Shown one piece after another: positions 24,945 through 31,597 of a stretch of DNA of 32,000 nucleotides. Position numbers and translations under genes: made by a program. The notes under the pieces were generated by a model that saw only the letters and a program-made list of their open reading frames with translations, ran no database searches and was not told the origin of the DNA. Position 1 is the first letter of the stretch. Every line of letters starts with the position of its first letter. This stretch comes from Propionibacterium ruminifibrarum. GTDB taxonomy: Bacteria; Actinomycetota; Actinomycetes; Propionibacteriales; Propionibacteriaceae. Location of the stretch: positions 30,001 to 62,000 of the forward strand of contig NZ_OMOH01000008.1 of assembly GCF_900289195.1 (NCBI RefSeq). The letters are read 5' to 3'.

Positions 24945-24978
24945 GGGGTATTGAGCCGGCGTGTCGACTCAATACCCC
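24945..24978 (-). terminator. Intercistronic hairpin after the first LPXTG gene
   Basis: GGGGTATTGAG (24945-24955), a 12-nt loop, then CTCAATACCCC (24968-24978): a perfect 11-bp stem starting 8 nt after the stop at 24986. An AT-rich stretch follows on the mRNA strand. Confidence 0.5.
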
Positions 24979-24985
24979 CGATACA

Positions 24986-27463
24986 TCACCCAGATGCCTG
25001 TACTCCGTGGTGAGACCTCCGGTGGCGAATGGCCAGTGCACCAGCTGTTCCGAGGAGCACGATGGCGGCCAGACCGTAGAGCAGCGCCCCGTGGCCGCCG
25101 GTCAGTGGCAGGGGCACGGCGACGGCCGTGTCGTTGACGGTGATGACGTCGACGCCCTGATCGGTCCTGGACACGGTGACCGTGCCGGCCAGGGCGTCGG
25201 GGTCGAGCAGGGTGACGCCGTCAGCGGTGAGGTGGAAGCCGATGGGCCCGGGCAGTCTCTCGTGGCCGGCGGGGGCCTGGGTCTCGACCAGCCAGTAGTC
25301 GCGGTTGAGGTCCAGGGCCGCGGTGGTGAAGACCGAGCCGTCGTCCGGGTCCACTGTGACACCCTCGTCGAGGGGCGTGGCGCCCTCGGTCGACGGGTCG
25401 ACCGGGTAGATCGCGAACGTGGCCCCGCTCACGCTGCCCTGGATGCCGGTCTTGTGGATCGTCACCTGACGTCGGGCGGCGTCAGGATCGACCGGGCCGC
25501 AGGCCGTGTTGTTCTCCGGGCCGTCGACGTCCTTGCCGTCCTCGGCGATCACTTCGTTGAACAGCCCGTGCCTGGCCTCGTACCCGGACTCGGTCTGGGA
25601 GCAGACCAGGTCCTGGACGGAGTAGCCGGGGGTGGACGGGTCAAGGGTCACATTGGCCCGCACGTAGAAGACCTGGCTCTGCCCGGGTTCGAGGACGACG
25701 CCCTCGGTGATCCGGTAGCTGCCGTCGCCCGAGTCCTCGACCACGGCACCGTCCTGGCCGAGTTCTGCCGGGTCCTGGCTGATCCACACCGTGTTCAGGT
25801 TCGCCCCGGCGGCGAAGTCGGGCCGGTCGACGAGCACGCCGCTGTTCTGGGTGGTGACGCCGTCATTGGTGACGGTGATCGTGTAGTCGGCGTTGAAGGT
25901 GGGCGTGCCCGCCACCGCGTCGGAGCCGGTGAAGGCCTTCTCCACCCTCAGTTGAGGGGCCGGTTCCACGTATTCGTTGTGCCAGGTGCAGGTGATGGCC
26001 ATCTCGGCCGCCGTCTGGGCGAGGCCAACGGTGCTCAGGTCGAGCGTGCCCGTCTCCAGGTCGACGGCACCGGTCTGGTCGAGGACATTGCCGTCCTCGT
26101 CGAGCAGGGGCGCGCCATCGCTCTGCGTGCACGTCACCCCGGACAGCCGCCAGCCGGGCGTCTCCTCGGTCGGGGCCGGATCGGCCTGGTTCTCCTGCAC
26201 CGCGCCACCGCCGTTGGGTACGAACAGCTCGTAGGACCGTGAATCGGTCGCGGCATGATCGCTGCCCCACCCGGTGGGCTGGAGCGGGTTGGGGGTCCCC
26301 CATCTCTCGAGTTCCATGGAGTCGGCCTGCGAGACGTTGGTGTAGGTGAACTGCGGAATGGCCACGGCGTCCCCGCTGCTCCCGGTGACGTCCTTGGCGA
26401 AGGTGACCGTGCGCACCTGCTCAAGCGAACCGTAGAGGCAGCCGTAGGTGTCGGTGTTCTCCTGGGTGATGAAGGTGTCCTCCAGCCTGGACTCGACCGA
26501 TGAGGCATCGGTCGAGCACACCGTGTTACGGCCGTTGTTCACGAAACCGCGCAGCACGAGCTTGTACGCGATGCCGGTCGAGGGGTCGGTCCACGTCGTC
26601 GTGGAACTGTGCGAGGTCATCGACAGGACGTCGTCCTCACACGAGCGCCCGTCACGGCCGTAGAGGGCGCCCTCGTTCGAGCCATCGGCCGAGGTGTCCC
26701 CCGGGGGGAAGGACCTGAGGGTATCGTTGCGGTCGAACGCGTAGTGGTAGTCAGAGCTCCACCCCCACCCGGACCAGGTGGCGCGCAGGCCGATGTCACC
26801 GTACCGGTTGAACGCGTACGCCCCACTGCCCGTGGCGTCATAGTTGCCCTGCGCGTCGAATGTGGACCGGCACGTGTTGACGGTCTCGTTGAGTTCGAAG
26901 GGGAACGACGCCTGGAGGGTCGAGGCGAGGTCGATGTCCATGGTCCCGTTCATGCGAGTGCCGCCACCACCGGTCCCGGTTCCGATTCCCGTGTAGATGG
27001 GGGAGTTGTGGTGTCGCATCGTCCCGACGAGGAAGACCTCACCGACATTGACCGCGCTGGTGTCGCCAGGCATGAACCCGACCGAGCTCTGGGTGGTGTA
27101 GCTGAAGCCACTCGGGCAGGAGTACGGGGATTCCGAGCCGTAGGAGAACAGCGCGTAGCTTCCCGAGGCCACCGTTGTCGTCGTCGTCGCGTTCGCCGTG
27201 GACCCACCGGGCGAGGGGTTGTAGCGCACGCAGTAATAGGTGTTGGCGTACCACGTGTCACCGGGAGCCCGTTCGGCGGTGACGTCATGGATCCTGGTCG
27301 AGGTCGAACCGAATTCAACCCAGATGTCCGAGTCGGCTGTGGCCGAGGGCGCGTTGACCACGCCCGCAAGGCACGACAGAAGCAATGCGAACGCACCGAC
27401 CAGGGCCGATGCGCCATGGCGTCCATGGTGCGGATGCTTGTCGAAAAATGTCTCACAACGCAT
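24986..27463 (-). CDS. Large LPXTG surface protein with an unassigned ~500-aa N-terminal domain; putative adhesin / alternative tip pilin
   Basis: The signal peptide is ...ASALVGAFALLLSCLAGVVNAPSATA|DS. The N-terminal region is rich in Ser/Thr/Gly/Trp/Tyr (VGTMRHHNSPIYTG, WSGWGWSSDYHYAF). A DUF11-like segment (YTITVTNDG) and a C-terminal CnaB/SpaA-like module (VTIHKTG...YWLVETQAPAGH) follow. The sorting signal is LPLTG (25097-25111) followed by a TM and an RHRR tail. No YPKN motif is present. Confidence 0.75.
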   Translation of the reverse strand: MRCETFFDKHPHHGRHGASALVGAFALLLSCLAGVVNAPSATADSDIWVEFGSTSTRIHDVTAERAPGDTWYANTYYCVRYNPSPGGSTANATTTTTVASGSYALFSYGSESPYSCPSGFSYTTQSSVGFMPGDTSAVNVGEVFLVGTMRHHNSPIYTGIGTGTGGGGTRMNGTMDIDLASTLQASFPFELNETVNTCRSTFDAQGNYDATGSGAYAFNRYGDIGLRATWSGWGWSSDYHYAFDRNDTLRSFPPGDTSADGSNEGALYGRDGRSCEDDVLSMTSHSSTTTWTDPSTGIAYKLVLRGFVNNGRNTVCSTDASSVESRLEDTFITQENTDTYGCLYGSLEQVRTVTFAKDVTGSSGDAVAIPQFTYTNVSQADSMELERWGTPNPLQPTGWGSDHAATDSRSYELFVPNGGGAVQENQADPAPTEETPGWRLSGVTCTQSDGAPLLDEDGNVLDQTGAVDLETGTLDLSTVGLAQTAAEMAITCTWHNEYVEPAPQLRVEKAFTGSDAVAGTPTFNADYTITVTNDGVTTQNSGVLVDRPDFAAGANLNTVWISQDPAELGQDGAVVEDSGDGSYRITEGVVLEPGQSQVFYVRANVTLDPSTPGYSVQDLVCSQTESGYEARHGLFNEVIAEDGKDVDGPENNTACGPVDPDAARRQVTIHKTGIQGSVSGATFAIYPVDPSTEGATPLDEGVTVDPDDGSVFTTAALDLNRDYWLVETQAPAGHERLPGPIGFHLTADGVTLLDPDALAGTVTVSRTDQGVDVITVNDTAVAVPLPLTGGHGALLYGLAAIVLLGTAGALAIRHRRSHHGVQASG

Positions 27464-27624
27464 GAAAAACCACCCGGGGTGGGCATGAGCCCTTAGGGAA
27501 CTGACTCATCCTCAGGGGGGGTGAAAGTGCGTGACTACCTGAGCGGACCCCTGTTTACCACACGAACTTGTGCTTCGTTAAAACTTGCACCATTGGTTGA
27601 CACTGGAGCGGGTTCGACACCGGG

Positions 27625-30123
27625 TCAGATCATGCCCAGGGCCTGGCCCATGAGCACGGCCGAAGCCCGGTCGTGCACGCCGAGGCGCTTGTACATCTGC
27701 TTTGCAGTGGAACGGACAGTCTCCTTGCCAAGGCCGAGATCGACGGCGATCCTGCCCAGTGTCTTGCCCTCGACCAGACCCTGGAGCACGTCGATCTGGC
27801 GCGGCGTGAGACGGACCGAACCGGCCGGGACCCCATCGACCGTCTCGCGGATCCGGAGCCCGGCGAGTTCGCTGAAGGGCGAACCCACATGGTCGAGGAT
27901 TGGTTTGCGTGCCGGGTCGGGCAGGAGGGCCAGCGCACCGGGGGCATCGGCCCAGTCGTACAGGTGGAGCACCATGCCGGCCACGTCCTCGGGATCGGGT
28001 CCGCCGGCCACCGCACCGAGTTTGAGGCCGTAGGCGATCATGCGCCAGCGGGTGGTCGTCGTCGGTGTGGCCAGGACCCGGTCGACGAGGGTCTCGACGG
28101 TCTCCTGGTGCCCCTCGACCAGTTTCGCCGCGGCCCGGATGACCAGTGCCATCTCGGAGGGGATCGACCCGTCCTCGAGCCGGCGCTGCGATTCGTGCAG
28201 ACGGCCCTCGCGCACGTCGATCATGGCGAGTGTGGCGTGCAGGGGCCACCACTCGAACGCCATCAGGTTGCTCCAGCGGGAACGCCCGAGAAAGGCCTGC
28301 AGCCACTGGTAGGCCGGCAGGGTTCCCCGGTTGACGAGCAGCGCCCACCCCTCGGCCTCGACCTGCAGGGGCGCGAACGGGGTGTTCAGCGAGATGTCGG
28401 CGCTCGAGGGCCCGGTCATGGTCAGGTTGCTGTCGTACCGGATGGCGATGCGGATGAGCTGCTCGGGCAGCTCGTCACGGGCCCCGCTGGAGGTGACGAG
28501 ACGTTCGTACTCCGTGATGTAGGAACGGGCCTGGGCGTACAGGGCCGTCTTGCCCGAGAGCATGGCACTGCGCGCGGTCAGACCGAGCACGAGCGCCGGG
28601 TGACTGGCGACGTCGATGCCGGACCTGGTGCAGACGGTGGCGGCCAGGGCCAGGCAGGCCTGGGCGTCGGACAGCAGCGCCGTGGCGATCATGCCGTCGG
28701 CCAGCCCGACCAGGCACAGCGCCAGGGTCGCGGCGTCATCAATGAACTGCACGCTTCGTCGCGACCTCGGGGTGTGCCTCTCCAGCTGTTCGGAGGTGAG
28801 ATCGGTGAGCACCTGTTCGGCTGTCCTGGCGAACTCGCGCATGTCCTCGGCGGAGTCGGGTCGCAGCCGGCTCATGGCGACGAGAAGCCGCTGGTGCAGC
28901 TCCTTCAACTGCGGGTAGCTGGGTTCGGGCTCCTCGCCGGTGACGAGGTAGGCGAGCTCGCGCCAGGGCAGGGGCAGGGCCGGCGGGCCGTAACCCCAGG
29001 TGCCCTGCAGGAATTTGCGGGCGTAGGCGATGTGTGCCCATTCCGGGGGAACCTGATCGGCCCAGGCCTCGGCCAGGCCCTGCCGCTCGTTGGCGGCAAA
29101 CGTCGCGAGGATGTGCATCGAGGAGGCCAGGAGGGCATCGAGGGAGGGCCAGTCCCGGATCATCGTGAGCATGCAGATGCGCACGGCGTCGGGGATGGGC
29201 AGGGCGCGATCGATCATGGCCGATCTCGTGCGGCGCCGCCAGAGCCGAGCCGGGCTCGCCGGGTCGGTCATCATCCGGTCGACGGTTTGCGCCGCGAGCA
29301 GGACCGGGAAGCCCGGTTCGCTGGCGCCGGGTCGGGTGATGACGCCGTTGAGGCGGGCCTGCCGCACCTCGGACACCGAGACCCGGCGGTCCAGGATGTA
29401 CGAGGCGATGCCTGCCATCATCGGCTCGGGGATGAAATGGGTCCAGGCGTGCAGGAGCACGAGGGGATCGGTGGCCCAGGCCGGGTAGGCACGCTCGACC
29501 CAGGCGGCCGTCACGTCCGCCGAGCGTCCCGGGCTGGGTCGGGAGTCAAGACGGACCCACTGCCTGGTGAGATCCTCGCCGCCCGCGGCGTCGAGATCCT
29601 CGGCGAAGGCCTCCCAGAGCGCGGGGACGCCGCCGGTCACCCGCAACGTGCGGAAGCACCAGGCGGCATCGGCCGCCTGCTCGGGGCCGAGTTCCCTGAG
29701 CACCTGCGCGTCCAGGACGAGGGAACCCGAACCGAGTTCGGTGTCGAACAGGTCGCCGAGGCCGACGTCGGGCCTGCGGTCGATGGCTGCCGCGACGACG
29801 ACCGAGCGCTGCAGGAGGGGGATGTCCTCACCGCGATCCCGGATGGTCCGGAGCAGCTCCTCAAACTGCTGGTCGAGACCGTGCCAGGCCACGAACAGCG
29901 GCCGCGACTGGTGCCGGATCTCCTGCCGGAGGCGGTCGATGTCGTCGCCGTCCCGCACGTCGATCACCGTCCGGGACCCGTGGCCCTCGATCTGCTCAAG
30001 GGCGTGGCGCACGGCCTCGATGGGGTAGAACTCCTGGGGTGCGTGGACGATCGCACGATCCACCATGGCGAGGGACATCGTGAGTCGAGGCGCCAGGGCC
30101 TTGATGATGTCGCCGTGATCCAT
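27625..30123 (-). CDS. LuxR-family transcriptional regulator of the large MalT/LAL (STAND-like) type, 832 aa
   Basis: The C-terminal HTH reads LTPRQIDVLQGLVEGKTLGRIAVDLGLGKETVRSTAKQMYKRLGVHDRASAV. The body is long and helical. The N-terminal region is collinear with the MalT NTPase domain, but Walker A/B positions are substituted (IVHAPQEFYPIE; LFVAWHGLD). Confidence 0.8.
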   Translation of the reverse strand: MDHGDIIKALAPRLTMSLAMVDRAIVHAPQEFYPIEAVRHALEQIEGHGSRTVIDVRDGDDIDRLRQEIRHQSRPLFVAWHGLDQQFEELLRTIRDRGEDIPLLQRSVVVAAAIDRRPDVGLGDLFDTELGSGSLVLDAQVLRELGPEQAADAAWCFRTLRVTGGVPALWEAFAEDLDAAGGEDLTRQWVRLDSRPSPGRSADVTAAWVERAYPAWATDPLVLLHAWTHFIPEPMMAGIASYILDRRVSVSEVRQARLNGVITRPGASEPGFPVLLAAQTVDRMMTDPASPARLWRRRTRSAMIDRALPIPDAVRICMLTMIRDWPSLDALLASSMHILATFAANERQGLAEAWADQVPPEWAHIAYARKFLQGTWGYGPPALPLPWRELAYLVTGEEPEPSYPQLKELHQRLLVAMSRLRPDSAEDMREFARTAEQVLTDLTSEQLERHTPRSRRSVQFIDDAATLALCLVGLADGMIATALLSDAQACLALAATVCTRSGIDVASHPALVLGLTARSAMLSGKTALYAQARSYITEYERLVTSSGARDELPEQLIRIAIRYDSNLTMTGPSSADISLNTPFAPLQVEAEGWALLVNRGTLPAYQWLQAFLGRSRWSNLMAFEWWPLHATLAMIDVREGRLHESQRRLEDGSIPSEMALVIRAAAKLVEGHQETVETLVDRVLATPTTTTRWRMIAYGLKLGAVAGGPDPEDVAGMVLHLYDWADAPGALALLPDPARKPILDHVGSPFSELAGLRIRETVDGVPAGSVRLTPRQIDVLQGLVEGKTLGRIAVDLGLGKETVRSTAKQMYKRLGVHDRASAVLMGQALGMI

Positions 30124-30579
30124 GTCTCGCCCAGACCTTCCTGCGGACTGGCGCCGCTGTTGGGAACCTCGATGATGAATACCGCGCCGGGTGGTACGGC
30201 AACCGGGGCGCCGAAGGCCCCGGCCCCGAGGTGATGGGGTGCTCGGGTTCTGGCGAACCGATGTCCGCGAACTCTTCTTCTGTCACCCGGTCCTCGCGCG
30301 ATGTCCCAGGGCAGAACAGCATCGCTTCGAACCACCGGGCGTCGTGTCAACCGATCGCAGGGGGTTGTGCGTTGGCTGTTACTCTAGCCTGACCTGAAGC
30401 GGATTGCCTTGCCCGACGCGGAATGCGGGCAATCCATGCGAAATGTTGAATCGTGAAGGGTGCGTGGGAACCGCACCTCGGCGGATGAATCCTCCACCCA
30501 TGGTTCACCCCTCCGCGGCACGTCCGCCTCCTCGGGGCGCATGGCGCGAAGCGTGCCGAGCCGGGACGCCGTCGCCGAT

Positions 30580-30609
30580 TTGAGCAGGACGCGCGTCGTG
30601 CTGTACAGT
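30580..30609 (+). promoter_or_regulatory. Candidate promoter for tRNA-Ile
   Basis: TTGAGC (30580-30585), an 18-nt spacer, then TACAGT (30604-30609), about 33 nt upstream of the tRNA 5' end. Confidence 0.4.
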
Positions 30610-30641
30610 GCAACCTCGGTGCGACTCATCGCCGCGCCGGA

Positions 30642-30715
30642 GGGCCTATAGCTCAGTCGGTTAGAGCGCGTCCCTGATAAGGACGAGGTCACTGGTTCAA
30701 GTCCAGTTAGGCCCA
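30642..30715 (+). tRNA. tRNA-Ile (anticodon GAT)
   Basis: A 74-nt cloverleaf was folded by hand. The acceptor stem is GGGCCTA/TAGGCCC and the D-arm is GCTC...GAGC. The anticodon arm is CGTCC-CTGATAA-GGACG and the T-arm is ACTGG-TTCAAGT-CCAGT. The discriminator is A, and CCA is not encoded. Confidence 0.95.
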
Positions 30716-31082
30716 CCTACCGAGCCACATGGTTCCGTTAGTCAGGGCAAGTGCCTGAAGTTGGAATCCGCACCAGTGACCACTGGTACCCACCCCGGTC
30801 CGTTGATCAATAGCCACCCGACGCCTCAAAACTGAGTATGACTCAACCATGGGATTGCTCGTCCGTCGCGTGACACCGAGAGCGGCCTGCGATTGGCATT
30901 GTCACTCGTGCACGGCACGCTCGTCATTCAGCAGGATCACGGGGATGACACTTCGGGACGGTGATGGCGAACACGGCTAGCCGGAAGCTCTCAAAGTCAT
31001 TGCCAGGTGCGCTGAGCCGTATTCAGGTACGGCACCGGGTTGGCGCGTCGGCACCCTTGGTCGCACAGAACGGCGTGTCCCG

Positions 31083-31124
31083 GCATAGTCTCAGTATGTA
31101 CAAATGCACATACTGAGACTATGC
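31083..31124. promoter_or_regulatory. 17-bp perfect inverted repeat (candidate TetR operator) overlapping a promoter-like element
   Basis: GCATAGTCTCAGTATGT (31083-31099), an 8-bp spacer ACAAATGC, then ACATACTGAGACTATGC (31108-31124). TGTACA (31097-31102), a 17-nt spacer and TATGCT (31120-31125) could serve as -35/-10. It lies 32 nt upstream of the yjbR-like start. Confidence 0.55.
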
Positions 31125-31156
31125 TGTGACCCGTTGAGTTGAACAGGAGATCGGAC

Positions 31157-31597
31157 GTGGACAGGGAACAACTTCAGGAGTATGCGACAGCGAGTGCAGA
31201 GGACCTGCCCGGCTCCGAGCTCACGTATCCCTTCGGCGACAACTGTGACGTGTGGAAGGTTCGCGGGAAGATCTTCATGTTGCAGACCCAGATCGCCGGG
31301 GAGCCGATCGTCGTCCTCAAGGCGACCCCGTGCGACGCCATGGCCCTTCGGCAGGAACACGCCGACATCAGTGCGGGATACCACATGAACAAGAAGCACT
31401 GGATCACCATCCACCCGGACGGCGATGTGGACGCCGACCTGCTCGACGAACTGGTCACCGACTCATATCTGCTCGTCGTCGAGCGCCTTCCCTCTGCACA
31501 GCAGGAAACACTGGCGCACGTTCCCAGGCGATCGCTGACGAAACACCAGCCCGTACGGGGACAGGAGGGATGCCGTGCGCAAGGGAATCCCCAATGA
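31157..31597 (+). CDS. MmcQ/YjbR-family (DUF419) protein
   Basis: Sequence: LPGSELTYPFGDNCDVWKVRGKIFMLQ...VVLKATPCDAMALRQEHADISAGYHMNKKHWITI...LDELVTDSYLLVVERL. GTG 31157 lies 7 nt after AGGAG (the ORF opens at TTG 31139). The 3' end overlaps the tetR start by 23 nt. Confidence 0.75.
   Translation: MDREQLQEYATASAEDLPGSELTYPFGDNCDVWKVRGKIFMLQTQIAGEPIVVLKATPCDAMALRQEHADISAGYHMNKKHWITIHPDGDVDADLLDELVTDSYLLVVERLPSAQQETLAHVPRRSLTKHQPVRGQEGCRAQGNPQ

Noticed and set aside
27250-27330. Thioester-domain idea for the first LPXTG protein, based on YYCVRYN near the N-terminus.
   Set aside because: - Thioester adhesin domains have, as I recall, a Y-C-hydrophobic-[DENQ] context and a partner Gln in a Q..W-type motif.
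- Here Arg follows Cys-Val, and I could not find a convincing partner Gln motif.
- The question is left open for structure prediction only.
1925-30234. Many very long alternative-frame or antisense ORFs in the supplied track, for example 1925-2986(-), 4284-6311(-), 6859-8994(-), 6951-9257(+), 15669-17054(-), 17373-18986(-), 22119-23990(+), 24713-26242(+) and 27673-30234(+).
   Set aside because: - Their translations are low-complexity and rich in Arg/Pro/Gly/Ala, with no recognisable motifs.
- Each is fully shadowed by an ORF in another frame that carries clear family signatures.
- This is the expected stop-codon-poor artefact of high-GC DNA.
30401-30560. Several small hairpins in the 518-bp ORF-free spacer, considered as a possible sRNA or riboswitch. 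Examples are TTGCCCG...CGGGCAA at 30405-30432, GGTGCG-tgggaac-CGCACC at about 30459-30477, and CGGCACG...CGTGCCG.
   Set aside because: - I recognise no known riboswitch or sRNA consensus.
- Short GC stems arise easily in GC-rich DNA.
- No promoter and terminator pair frames them.
- They are worth a covariance-model scan but are not claimable.
30384-30716. 110-aa minus-strand ORF overlapping tRNA-Ile.
   Set aside because: It is antisense to a well-folding tRNA and starts inside it, so it is an artefact.
30849-30980. 43-aa ORF with a Cys/His cluster (CDWHCHSC) in the spacer after tRNA-Ile.
   Set aside because: - It has no SD.
- The remainder is rich in Arg/Ser, with no supporting feature.
- It is most likely a chance ORF.
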